From contig OY253668.1 in assembly GCA_958009085.1 (NCBI GenBank), positions 1,302,001 through 1,366,000 on the forward strand: a DNA stretch of 64,000 bases, in the 5' to 3' direction. Shown piece after piece: positions 26,545 through 38,881 of this stretch; position 1 is the stretch's first letter; the number at the start of each line of letters is the position of its first letter. The stretch comes from Protoeuglena noctilucae. Taxonomy: Eukaryota. The notes below the pieces were generated by a model. It was not told the origin of the DNA. It worked only from the letters and a program-made list of their open reading frames with translations, and made no database searches. The translations under genes were made by a program, and so were the position numbers.

Positions 26545-27887
26545 ATGTCCCGGGTCCGGGAGGGGGACCCGGGGCCATCGCGCGGCCGAGTCCCGAAGAG
26601 AGAAGAGCCTGCGGGGGACGGGGGACGCCGCGCTGCGGGGGGGCGCCGGCCACGCGCAGAGGGTGGGGATGCGGGTCCTCCAGAGGAAAATCAGGACTCT
26701 CCGGGGCCCACACTGAGCTCAAAGGTGGCGTACTACCGCAAGAAAGGGTGAGGGATGTGACTGGCCTAAAGGAAGCTGGCCGCTGGGTGGCACGGACTGC
26801 GCAAGGACTGCGCTGGGCATGCTGGGCCCCGCCCCGCTCGCGATGCCGCGGTCTGAGGCGTCGGTGAGCATCGGATGCGAGAGCTATCGCAGGGATGAGG
26901 CGCCTGCGAAGCTGATGGCGAAGGGTCTCTCAGTAGAGGTCGTGAAGCACATGGTGAACCAAGTCCAGCGGCAGGTGCTCTTCCTGCACGCCAGCAAGCC
27001 CGGCGAGCCAATAACCATGGCTATGCTGAAGGACTGCGTCCGGGAAGGCACCAACATGGGCCCGGCGAAGGTCCTCCGCCAGGTTATCGAGAGGGTGCAG
27101 GTGCGAGAGGGCGCGTGCGGTGTTCCAGGGATGGGTGCGGTGTCCCGGGGGTGTCCCGTCCTGAGCGCGAGACCGTTGCCGACGCAGTTTCTGCTGGTCA
27201 AGGACTTTGGGCTGGAGCTGCGGGAGGTGAACGGAGCAAGGGGGCTGGCGTACCGCGTCCTCTCTGTCATCGACGAGAGGCGCGTGGACGAGCTGGTGGG
27301 GCCTCGGGACTCGGCCAATGCGGGCCTCGAGGAGGAGTGGCAGTTGCGGGTGAGGGCCGGGCCTCGGCAAGCACAGGGCCGGCCGCGACCAGGCGTGGGC
27401 GACACCGGCACCTCGTAGACTCTCGCAGACGTTTGCGGTGCTGGTCATGTCCCTGATCTCCACGGCGGGAGGTCAGATTGCGGAGGAAGCGCTGTGGAAG
27501 CACCTGCAGCGCCTGGGCATTCGGGAGATCAAGACGGGGGCGCGGAGGGAGCCGCTGGACGTGCACACGCACAGCGGGGAGGCGCTTGCAATGCTGAAGA
27601 AGCGGGGGTTCGTGAAGGTCGTGACCGGGCCAGACGACGCGCCTGTGTTGGAAATCGGCCCGGTGCGTGCAGCCTGCGGCTGCTCGGCGGGCAGACGGTA
27701 GCGCCGGCTGCGAGCGCTGGATTCGCGACGCCGCGCCTTCCTGCACGTGCAGGGTGCGCGCGAGGAGATGGGTGGGATGGAGTCTTTGACGCGATGGCAC
27801 GACAAGAAGATGGACGAGTTCGGGCTGGCGGGCCCGGTCGCTGTCGACAACGATTCGGATGATTCTTCCATTGAGATCTTGGGCTGA
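26545..27887 (+). CDS. MAGE-family protein, probable SMC5/6 subunit NSE3
   Basis: VKHMVNQVQRQVLFLHASKPGEPITMAML...VIERVQ|FLLVKDFGLELREV...|TFAVLVMSLISTAGGQIAEEALWKHLQRLGI...EIGP|GAREE follows the MAGE homology-domain pattern (FG.ELREV; I.EE.LW..L..LG). Confidence 0.8.
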
Positions 27888-28150
27888 GCCGGTTCCAGGT
27901 CGTCGCTAGCGCAAGGATGAGTGTATACCGTTGGCCTGCGCTGGTCCAGCGTGGGAGCTTGGACTTGGATTTTTAAAACACTGCGCCAGTGGGCGTCAGC
28001 ACCTGTGTTTGGCTGACATAGATCTAAGGATTATTACTGTCATTCTTTCAAGACACGAACCATATCAGACTCTTTGCCGACGGCGGATAGTCCGGCGGTC
28101 GCCCTAGCGGGCCGCGAGAGGCGCGTCGCGGCCCTGCATCTGCAGTTGCG

Positions 28151-30527
28151 ATGCTGCTCCTGCGCCAGCGATTGGTCGAAGAGGCTGGCGGATACCTACC
28201 GCATCGCCCGCAAGCATTTACGGTCACCAAATCCCAGCGGAGGCAGCCCGCGCACGATGCGGGGCCCGGGAGGGAGGAAAATGCGGCGTTGTTGGCGCGT
28301 CGGGAGCAGCTGGCGAGAGCCCTCTTGAGCATTCTCAACCAGCACAGGCCTGACAGGACCGACGCGTCGTCTCCGTCCCCTAGCGACGACGGCGGCGCCT
28401 CCGATGCGTCTGAGCCCTCCGCTTCCGGCGCCTCCGAGCCCCCTGCACCAAGCTCTGCTCACTGGGTGCGCGTCGCGGTTGAGACCTTGTCCTCCCGCCG
28501 TCGCCGACCGAGGCGGACGGCGCAGACGCAGACCGTGGCTTCAGGGGAGGACGCCGACAGCGACAGCGACCCCGGCAGCGTCCATGAGCCCCCCCATGTC
28601 AGGGACACCGACACCCAGGCGAGCACGTCGGGCGTTTAGCAGCTGGCAAACGCATGCACGTGCCCTCGGCCATGCACGTGGCGATACCACCCACCCCTCT
28701 CCGCAGACGGCGTCGTGGCAGGGGAAGAAGCGGGCCCAGCACACAGGGGGCACCAAGGGCGTCGACGAGCTCAAGGAGTGGTCGGAGGCGTCGGAGAGCT
28801 GGCTGGGCGCGGACGACGACCCGCGCCGGCGCGAGGAGGACGAGGCGGTGGCGAGGCTGCACCCGGAGGGCGTGAGGTACCGCAGGCAACAGCGGGCGAC
28901 GCCAGGCGTGGAGAAAGCGGGAGAGGAGGGAGGGCGGTTACCTTCCACGGGGCTGGACGCCGCCACTCCTGAGAGGCGCTCCATCGGCGGGTCGGGGTGG
29001 CAACGGGGCCCTTCCGCGAGCCCGCTTGCGGCAGACGCGAGTGCCAGCACCCTTCCACCGGTGCGGACGCGGAGCCGCAACAGCTCGGTGCGCGCCTTGT
29101 CCCGCCAGGACACGCGGGGGTCCGTGGGCATGTGGGAGCCGCACGACCCTCCCACCTCGCCCACCTTTCGCCGGCGGCCCTTCTCGCGGAGTGAGAGCCT
29201 GTCGCCGGGCCCAAGAGACCGGCCGCAGCCGCCGCTTGTAAGGCGGTCCCAGACCCAAACCCACATCCGGCACGTCTCGCCGTGGGGCTCCGCCGCGCGC
29301 GCTGACGGGGCTCGGGCACGGCACTCGCACGGGAGCGACAGCGATGGGAGCTCAAGCGCTGCCGGGCGTCGGAGCTCCGAGTACGACGATACCTTTGAGC
29401 CCTACGAGTCCCCGCATCGAATCTCGGCAGCGCACCGGACCTCGGCTGTGCGTGAGTCGTCCCAGGCGCCCGCCGGGCAGGCAGCCGGTGCGTGGGCAGG
29501 GCGCGAGGAGCAATAATTTTGACGCAGGGCTTTGCGGCTCACTGCTGCGAACCTCGGCATCTCATTCCCGCTGCAGAAGTCACCTCGCCGCCGGTGCCAG
29601 CGAGGCAGGACTCCATAGGGCGGGCGGGCTTGGAGCACGTCCACCTGCCGCCCCTGGCACACCGAGACGGGCAAGCGCAGGCAAATGATCAGAGAAGCGA
29701 GGTCCAGAATGCGGCGGTAGGAGGCGCGGAGTCCTTCGTTGAGTGTGCGCCGATGATGCTGTCGAGCGGCAAGGTGACTCTCGGGACGCATTGCTCGCCA
29801 ACAGCGCGCCTCGCTCCATGAGCAGCCATCTGCGGTATCGATCAATCCAGCCGCGCTCATGCATACGCAGCTGTCGCAGCTCGCGCCTCTGCCGGAGGTC
29901 CCGAGCGAGGAGTCGGCGGTGGCGTCAATCAACGCGTCCCCACAAGACACCTCTGTGAGCGAGAGCAGGCACGCCACGAGCCCGGAGGCCCCGCCGCTGC
30001 CATCGGTGCGCAGCAGCCAGCTGCCGGGCCTCAGCGACGTCGTGCAAGACACGCCCACGGTGCCCGTCGCATGGCAGACACCCGTCGCGTCATTGGCAGC
30101 CACGGACACGGCGACCACGGCCACGGCGTCCTGGAGCCACAGAGTCTCTTCCGTGCCGCAACGGTGCCCGGCCGCCTCGCAGTCCATGCGCGTCATCCCC
30201 ATGGGCGCCAGTGAGTGCAGGACTGGCGCTGGGCACAGCAGCGCAAAAAACTGACATCGTATAGATTAGCGCAGTGCTGGGTGTCGGCACATGAGTATGG
30301 TCCCATGCGTCGACTATAAGATCGCACTCCCCACCTCGGCCCCCGCAGACCTCAACGCCACGGCGCCTGCCGCAGTCCCCGCCATCCCTGCCATGACGGT
30401 GCCCCAGCACTCCCACGCCACCATCGAGCCTGCCACCGCGCCTCTCCGGCGCACCGTGAGCCTCGCTCAAGGCCGAGGCTCCATGGCCGCCGCGTTTGGC
30501 TTCCAACGCAAGCAGAAGCCGAGTTAG
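28151..30527 (+). CDS. Hypothetical low-complexity Ser/Pro/Ala/Arg-rich protein, multi-exon
   Basis: A chain of long plus-strand ORFs (28151, 28707-29487, 29576-, 29871-, 30349-30527) joined by plausible splice sites. No family recognised. Confidence 0.45.
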
Positions 30528-30618
30528 CAGTCGAATGCGCCTCCGCTCCTCAGCTATAGAATGCGTGATGCTTCAAAGCCACCATGACATTTCACAATTA
30601 CTAGTTCACGAGTCACCG

Positions 30619-33600
30619 TCACGGCCCCCTGTCCATCTCGCCCAAGCTACCGTCCCGCGTCACCACCAGCACCCTCCCATGTCTTACTGGTGCCACCACC
30701 CCCCCCGTCGCTGCCGCGCCCGACCCGCCGTTGCTCTCTACCGCTGTGGTCATCGTCAGGCGCGCGACGCGGGGAGCCTGGCCAGCACCGCGCCTTGACC
30801 CTGACACGAGCCCTGACAGCGCTGCCAGTCCCTCCGGCCCCGTGTCCTCCATGAGCACCGGCAGCATCCCTGACTCAGCTGCGTCTGACATGAAGGCCAG
30901 GGCGTCAGAAACAGCGGATGACCCAGGGCCTGGGTCCACCGATGCCGCCCACACACTGTCCGCCCCGCACACGACCCACGACCACGGCCCGGCGCCCGCA
31001 CAGCTCCCCGCGCCCGCCGCATCTATGTGCTGAGGCGCTCCGGCCCCGTTCCTTGTGCTTTGCGCGCCGGCTGGCCCAAGATCGCCGTTGCTTGTCGCAG
31101 GACCCAGGTCTGCCACGGCGATCCCGGCATCCGCTGCAGCCTCGGGCACGCACGCCGCCATGGCCAGGATGGGACGAGCGCCGAGGTCCCGGCACTCCAC
31201 CACGAAGGGCGGCTGGAAAGGGCCGCTGCAACAGACACGGTGGGGCGTGCCAGCAGCCGCGGCCAAGCTCGTAACGGCGCCACCGCCCGGGGCGCGCAGG
31301 CAGCACGTTGCCTCCGCCACCACCCGCTGATGGAGCGGGGCTGACGCAACTCCAGCGGCCACGACGGGCGGAGCCGTGGCTGCATGCGGTACCTGGCCGC
31401 TACCGCCGTCACCCTCGGCTGTGCCCTGCATCGCCTCCTGCAGCGCGGCGTCTAACGACGACGGGTCCCCGGCGCCCTCCGCGGTCGCTGCCAGCGCCTC
31501 TGTCGCGGCCTGCACCGCGGCAGATGCCCTGCGACCCTCAGCGTCCACCCTGAGTGCGACAAGGTGCACGTCGGGACCGCAGGCGACCAGCAGCGTCGCG
31601 TCGGCAGGGGTCGCTTCGTCTCTCCCACGCGTGGCGCTCGGATGCGCCGAGGAGGCTGCCGGGGCCGCGCCGCCTCTCCCGCGCGCTGGGGCGCCCGGCG
31701 GCACCCCTAGGCCCTGCCGTGTTTCTGACGTGACGCCAACCCCCGTGACCCCTGCGGCGTCCCCGGGCACTTCCACCCGAGAATCCTCCGACGCGATCTC
31801 CACCGCCAGCACCGCCGTGGGTGGGGCCGGCAGGGGCAGGCTCGCGTGCAGGAGGAGCGTCATGGAGTCGCGTGGCTGACCCCGGATGGCCTCCCTCCGA
31901 GCCTCAATGATGGACAGGACTCCCAGGTCGTGGGGGAGCTGGCGGTGGTCCTGCGCACAGCACGGGCCCGGCCTTGTCCTTGCAGCCCTCTCATGCCATG
32001 CGTGCATGAGACCAGGCAGGGAAGCGCGTGAGGCGATAAAGGGCTGCCAGTCGCCCACCTGGACGCTGAACGTGCCGTTGCCGGGACTCTCGACGCAAGA
32101 GCACAGGGCGAGCATCTCCCGGCCATTGCCCAAGGTGCCGTCACTGGAAGTCGCCTCCTGTCCAGCTCCGTTGTCGTCGCGTGAACGCGATCGGAACGCG
32201 CACAGGGCCACGGCGTGGTGCTCGGGGGACAGGTGCAACCGCGCCGCGACAAACAGCGAGGCGGGGTCCAGCAACACCAGATCCTGGCAGCCTGACGCGG
32301 GGTCCCTGGCAATCACGGCCAGCATGCCTGTGGAACCCAGGTCCACCATCGCCGTCACCTCGTCCCCCTGCATGCGCAAACAGCGCCAGCGCCACTTTCA
32401 AACATCGATCCGACGCCTCAGAACGTCTCACAACGCCAGTCATCGGCATTGGATCCCCCGGCCTCACCGGCAGACATCGGTGCAGGCGGGGCGCCACGGT
32501 GCCCCGGACCCAGCCATCGCGGATGACTCCGTCCCTGTCGCCAAACAGGCACCGCCAGGAAGGCCCCACTCCGGCATCTGCCTCCGCCCACGTCCCCAGG
32601 GCGCTGGCCACTCCAGTGTCGCCCCGCTCGCTCCCGCCCCCGCTTGCCCCGCCATGGCAAGCAGCGACGGGCAGCACGAACGCTAACCCGAGGCCGTCCC
32701 GTGGTGCCTCGGCTACCACGGGCGTGGCATCGATGTGAGTGGGACCGATGCAGAGACGCACGACGCGGTCGCCGACTGCCAGCAGCGAAGGCGAGGCATC
32801 CGGGGCGTCCGGCAGTAACGTAACCGACACGGACGTGTCACCGAGGCGTAGCCGTTCCCATGACAAGGTCTCTTGCGCCACTGACGCGTGGGCCCCACTC
32901 CGCCCCGCACCCCTCGCCGCCTTTGCCCCCCTCAACCCCACACCGTGAGCCCCCGATACATCAGTGACCCTGGCAGCCGCCAACGTACCATCCGCCATCC
33001 CCAAGACGCACCACGTCGCCCCTTCGCCTTTTTGGGTCGCACCGGCCAGTACCAGGGAACGGGCGGGGCACGCGTGGCCCAGTGCAATGCTTATGAAAGG
33101 CTGGCTGGAGCCCCACTGCCCCAGGAGAAGCTCCGGTGCCTCACTGGCACCCCACGTGCACAGAGCCACGAGGGGGGCTGCCTGGGCGCTGCCTCCCGTC
33201 CCGCATGTGCAGCACGCCACCTGGGTGCCCGCCATGCGCCACGTGCTGACGGGCGCAAAAACCGAGGCGCCCGGCGAAGCGCGTCGCAGATCCAGCATGT
33301 GCAACGCATCGGCAGTCGCCAGCAGGACGCGCGACCCCACCGCAAAGGCCGTGACCACGCGTCCCGTGTTGGGAGGGCGCCATCTGCCGATGCTCTCGGC
33401 GTCCACCTGGGCTCCGTCGGGCCGCCCTCGCAGGCGGAAGACGGCGGCTCCGTCGGCGGTGACCTGCACAGCCGCCTCGTCGTGAACCGGGCCGGCAAAG
33501 ATCGTCTCTGCGTCATGATAGAAGGCGCCTCGGCATGCCGCCGTGACGTCCTGCCAAGACCCTGCCCTGCCAGAGAGGAGCGCCAGGGAGGTGGCGTTCG

Positions 33601-35838
33601 ACACGGCGTCGCTGATGAGGCACGCGCACTGCGGAGGCGTGACGATGCAGGCAGATGTAACGCAGTGGCTTGCCACCAGGCATTGCCTCAGCACAGCTGC
33701 AGCTCGGCCATCACAGCGGCTCATGACGTTGCGACATGCGCGGGGCCGAGTCATGAGCACGCACCGCTCCCTCCGTGCCATGCACCGGCACCGCAAAGGC
33801 GCCCGACACACGCCGCCCCGTGTCCAGAGCCTGCGACCCTGCCTCCTCCTGCATCGCAACTCCAACAGACCCGACCCACACGCCCGCATCCTCCTCGGAC
33901 CCACCCGCCACCGCGACTCTGCCCCCGGCCAGCGTCCCCGCCGCCCACCGCATCGCACCCGCGCCCTCCGCTGGGCCCTCGCAGGGCAGGAAACGCAAGC
34001 AGCGTGGCCAGGCCCGCAGTTGGTGGTCCAGCGGAACCACGCAAGCGTGCGCGACGATCGCGGAACCCGACCGGAGAGCCTCGGTTGATAAGAGCGACAG
34101 GCGCAGGACGCCTGACGGAGACAGCACCGCCAGCCACGCATTGCCGGGCGCCGTGGTCCTCGCCGCCGCAGCCCCGGCAGCCATCTTGGATCCCTGCCAA
34201 AGCACGGATGCCCGGGACCCCAGCGGCGCACACAATGCCTCCTCGCGTGGCCCACCCTGCGCTGCAGCACGTTCGCTGGCCACGGCTGAGGGGCCTGGGC
34301 CGGACCGCCCCTCCCGCGGCGTCTTCTCCTTCCCCGTGGGATCTGCCTGTGCTGTGACTTTGCCAGTAACTTTGCCGGTGGCGACGTCCAGGATCAGGGC
34401 ATGCCCCGGTGAGGGCGTCAGAGCCACCAGGGCAGCTGACGAGGGAGCCACGCCCGGGGCAGCCAAGGTGGACAAGGGCGGGAAGCCGTCCGGCACCGTC
34501 GCACGCCACTTCGGCCCCTCCTGTGCCAGAAACGTCACCCCGGTGGGGTCCAGGACGGCGACGCCCGAGAGGGCCGCGTCGCCCGCGTCCACCCGGACGA
34601 GCTGGCACGCCATGGGGTGCAGGTTCTTGACGGACCACGGCCCCTTCTGCGGTATTGGGACAGCTAGGCGGAGATGAGGGCGGCGCACAGGGTGCTGCTG
34701 CCAACTCGACTGGGGCCTGCTGAGGATACCGTCGCAATTAGCGAGACGGAGACGAAGCCTAGCACTCGCACGTGCATATGCACCGTCATGGAATTGCAGG
34801 GCAGCATCCCCGAGGGACTTGCCTCGAGTCGGGCATCGCTGCCGTCGAGGCGAAAGGCGACGCAGGACAGGTGCACCACGCGGGCATTGGCCGCGGGGAT
34901 GTGGTCCCGATGGAGCGCGCAGAGCAGCGCATTGCCGAGGAGGTCGACGCCCCTGGGAGGGCAGTGAAGGCACGGAGCGTCAGGGGGAGGAAGTGAGACA
35001 GTCGCTAGCAATGGCTAACAACGAGGCGTGCTCATGGCGGCCGCGGGCACGCCGCCAGGCATGCTCGTGAGGTCAGCTGCGCACAAGGGCCAGGTGTGTC
35101 ATGACACGCACCCTGGGATGGGCAGGAATTCCAACGCAAGGACCTCGGTGACGACGTCGCCCCTCGCGCTGTGCTTGCCCACTGCGGTCGGCCACGGCAC
35201 GCTGCACAGGGCGGGTGCCGCGCGCAGCGCTGAAGGGGCGCGGTCGCTGCTGCTGGTCCCCTGCGCTTCGATGCTCACAGACACGCAGTCAATCCAGCCC
35301 GCCTTGGTGCAGGATGCCTGCAGGACCCCTTCCCCGGCCACGTGCGGGGCGGAGAAGCATTGTCCCTCCACTTGGTCAAGAGACGCTGGGGCCAGAGCGG
35401 AGGCCAGGGGCCCGAACGACACGGCAGGGGCCCCAGCATCCGGACTTTGCACCGACGCGACGCATGCGGCGCCCGAGTAGAAGCGGAAAAAGACAAGGGA
35501 TGATGACTGCGAGTCAGGCCTGACAGAGGAGAGGTGTGCGACCGCGCCAGCCTGCAGGGGAAGCGACAGATGCGTTCGGACTTCCAGCTCCGTTGCGCGC
35601 GGACAGCGCTGGCGAGCGTCACTGCCGCGCACGCTACGTGCTCTATTAGCCAACTTACGTCGATAGGAAGCTCTCCACCGTACGTGGCCACGGGGCAAAG
35701 CGCGGGCTGCGCGTCGGACTCGAGGCCCACTGCCCACGCCCCCGCGCTGTCGACAAGCAACAACACGCCCGCCCCGCCGTCGCAGGGCACTATCGCACAC
35801 GCGAAGATGGCGCGGGAGCGGTGCAGAGACGCCAGCAT
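30619..35838 (-). CDS. Divergent DDB1/SF3B3/CPSF160-family multi-beta-propeller protein, multi-exon
   Basis: About 5 kb of minus-strand ORFs rich in beta-strand patterns. N-terminal MLASLHRSRAIFACAIV; second-propeller-like WQDVT...FYHDAETIFAG....AVQVTADG, VACC...LVALCTW, ARSLVL...CVLGMADGTL, RLGDTSV; third-propeller-like LVLLDPASL...LSPEHHAVALC...MLALCS. Confidence 0.6.
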
Positions 35839-36182
35839 GCCCGCGATGGCGCAACCCCTGCAGCCATCCCAGGGCTAGGTTTGCAGCCTCTCAATGACAA
35901 TGGTTCTATGCCATGCGCGGCATGTTGACGTGCTTCACACACCAACTGCACCGAGGTCGCGAGAAAAGGCAACAGAGGTCGCTAATTGCTGATTGTGGGT
36001 ACCCTAGCGGTACCCTAGGCTGGCGGCGCCAGTGGGAAAGGGCATCGACGGAGAGGAACTCGACCTAGAGGAACAAAGCAGCGGGGCCTAGCAGCAAGAG
36101 CAAACAGCGGCGACACCCAGCAACTCAGGGAAGCCTGGACTCCACGCCCTGAAAACAAGAGCGAGCAGTGCTTGGTGGAACT

Positions 36183-37310
36183 TCACGGCCGACCGGCGAC
36201 GCCGTCCTGGCCCACCAGGAGCTCCAGGTCGCCAGGGGTCCTCCCGCCATGGTCCCGTGCCTCCGGATCAGCCCCCCGCCTCTGAAGGAAGGCCGCGACG
36301 TCCACGTTGCCCCGCTGCGCCGCGTAGTGCAGCGGCGTGTCCCCGACGCCGTCCCTCGCGTCCAGGTGCGCGCCCCATCCTAGCACCAGCGCCGCCGAGC
36401 AGACGTCCCCGCCCATGGCAGAGTAATGCAGGATTGTCTGCCCGAGGTAGTCGGAGTCAGCGGCGTCCGCCCCTCGCTTCAGCAAGGCCTCCACGGCCGC
36501 CCAGTGGCCCCACCTCGCCGCGTGCAGCAGGGGCGTCTGCCCGGTGCGGTCCGTCGCGGACGGGTCGGCCCCTCCCTCCAACAGCGCCACCAGCGCCTCC
36601 ATATGGCCGTTCTCCGCCGCGTAATGCAACGCAGTCTGGCCCATGGGATCGATGGCCCCCACCGAGGCCCCGCGGCTGAGGAGGAGGCGGATGGCGCCCA
36701 CGTGGCCGCCCAGCGCCGCGCAGTGCAGGACCGTGCCGTTGGTGCTCGTTGCGTTGACGTCCAGTCCGCTGTCCATGAGCACAGCCACGGCGTTTACGTG
36801 GCCCATCAGCGCCGCGCAATGGAGGGCCGTGCGCCCGTCTCCGTCCACGGCCGCCAGGTCCGCGCCGTGGTCAAAAAGCGCGGCCAGCGCCGCGCACTTG
36901 CCGAGCCTCGCAGCCAAGTGCAGAGGCGTCCCCTCATCCAAGCCAGCGCCGTCCGCCAGGGCCTCCATGCTCCTCGTGCCGGCCGCCCCGAGGACCCTGC
37001 CGATCGCCTACGGCAGCGCCTCGTCCGGGAGCGCCGTGATCAGGAGCCGAAGCACGCGCAAGTACGGCGCGCTCCCCGCGATGACCGCAGGCCAGACCAT
37101 GCCCTTGGCTGCCAGGTGCTCGTCCATCCTCGTCGCACTCTCGCGGACGCTGTTGTGGCACGCGTCCACCATCGCGCGCCAGTGCGTGGACACTGCTCGC
37201 GACACGCACGAATCCCTGCGGGGCAGCATGTCAATGACGAGCCTCTGCATGTCCGCCGGCAAGTCGTCCCAGCGCTTGACACCAACTGCCGGCTCCGAGT
37301 CGTTCGACTC
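36183..37310 (-). CDS. F-box-like plus ankyrin-repeat protein, interrupted by an in-frame TAG at 37008-37010 (possible pseudogene)
   Basis: About 7 ankyrin repeats (G.TPLH.AA..G...V..LL..GA) at 36183-36968. In the same frame upstream is WDDLPADMQRLVIDMLPRRDSCVSRAVSTHWR, an F-box-like motif. The start is unresolved. Confidence 0.8.
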
Positions 37311-37827
37311 CGCGTCAACCGGCCCGGGTTTCCCGGATTCTCCATGGCCAAGGCAGGGAGCACCTGCACCCAGCGACGGCCGTCACGTCACCGCTCCGCT
37401 GCCGACCCGGAGCTCGTGACGAGCAATACAAGACGGTCTGTCATCGATACGTCCCCAAGCGCGCTTCATCGAGCTTTCCGCTTCGCCACCTCACCCGCCA
37501 CCTCACCGCCACCCTCTCGCCGCGAGCCGCCCCGGCCTGCAGCCTCAGGCAAAGCAGCGTTGTTCATCTCGACGGACTGCTTGCTTCTCGCATTTTCATC
37601 CCAAGCGCCAATTGATGCGGCCAACTGAGCGTACGTTTTCAGCTTCCAACTGCGTCCCCGCCACCTTTCGCACGCCGTACGTCAGTGGGAGTGGCGTGAC
37701 TGGTTCATTGATTTCAACATGCAACGAATAAGAGGAAATTCTCACAACCCTCCCCGCCAGCACATGTGCTGGCGCAGGAAAGCTCCCGGACAAGGCATAC
37801 CAAAGAGGGTGTCACTATCAGGCCCGG

Positions 37828-38510
37828 CTATGGCAACGTGCTGAAGAGCTTCCGCTCGTGATCTTGCAGGGCCTGCTTGGCCTTCTCCTGACGCGCCCGC
37901 TTGATCGCGCGCCATCGATCCAGATGCCCCCGCAGCAGGTCCCTGTCAGCATCGTCCGTTGCCTGCGAAGCATGTGGCTTTGACTCCCGCACTGCCGTCT
38001 ACCGAGCAGCGGCATGCGGTAATGCATGCCGGCTCGCGCAGTCACCTTCTCCGCTGGTCCTTGCCCCGCTTCAGCCCCATTGGACGTTTCCCCCCCCGGC
38101 TCGGCCCCGTCTCCCTCCCTGGCCTTGGCCTCATCCGATGCCTCCCTCCTGGCCTCAGCCCCACCAGCAGCCTCCCGCCCCTGTCCCACACTCGTCGCTG
38201 CAGCTCTCCGAGGCCTGGGCGGTTGCGGGCCCAGCGTCGGCACGTCGGCGTCGTTCTGCGCGCATTCCGGCGACCGAGAGCGTTCTCCAAGCGCAGAGCA
38301 GCAGCTTCTTTCGCGCGAAGATGAACCGTGCGTAGCTACCTGCAACCACGCCCGGCAGAGCGCGTAGAGCGACGGCGGGTTCGACATCGAGTCCAGGAGC
38401 ACACGGCGGTCGTGGACCGTGATGGTCAGCGATCCTGACCCCCGCTCGTCGCCCACCGTCTCCTCATCGGCGCCTGAGTCCGATGTCCCGCTGAGGCTCA
38501 TGCTTGCCAT
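37828..38510 (-). CDS. LIN37: LIN37-like DREAM/MuvB complex subunit, 3 exons
   Basis: VHDRRVLLDSMSNPPSLYALCRAWLQ|NDAD matches LIN37 LY.(L/I)CRAW..N. The C-terminal exon reads DLLRGHLDRWRAIKRARQEKAKQALQDHERKL*. Confidence 0.75.
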
Positions 38511-38881
38511 GGTCTCGGAGCTCGTGAACGCGTTCCCTGCTGGCGGTCACGGGATAGGGCGATGCACCGCGGTTGTCCTGCGCATGAACTGACCGCGGGG
38601 ACCGCGCGGTGCCTTGATTTTTCCCGTCAGTCGAGGGTCAGACCAGCCATAGGGTATTTACTAAGCGAGCGCGAGACGCAGCCTTTCTATGCTAGAGTCC
38701 CCGCATCGACTTCAGTGCTCCCCTATTCGCTGCATGGCGTCCTCTGCGAAAGCTCCTCGTTCGTAGATTCGAAGCACGGCGCGCGGCCCCGAGCTTGCAG
38801 CGCGCCCGCCGAGCGAATTCGAGCTCGAGTGCTTTGTGCGGACGCTCGCACGCTGCCGGTCACCACCCACATGCTGCAGGC

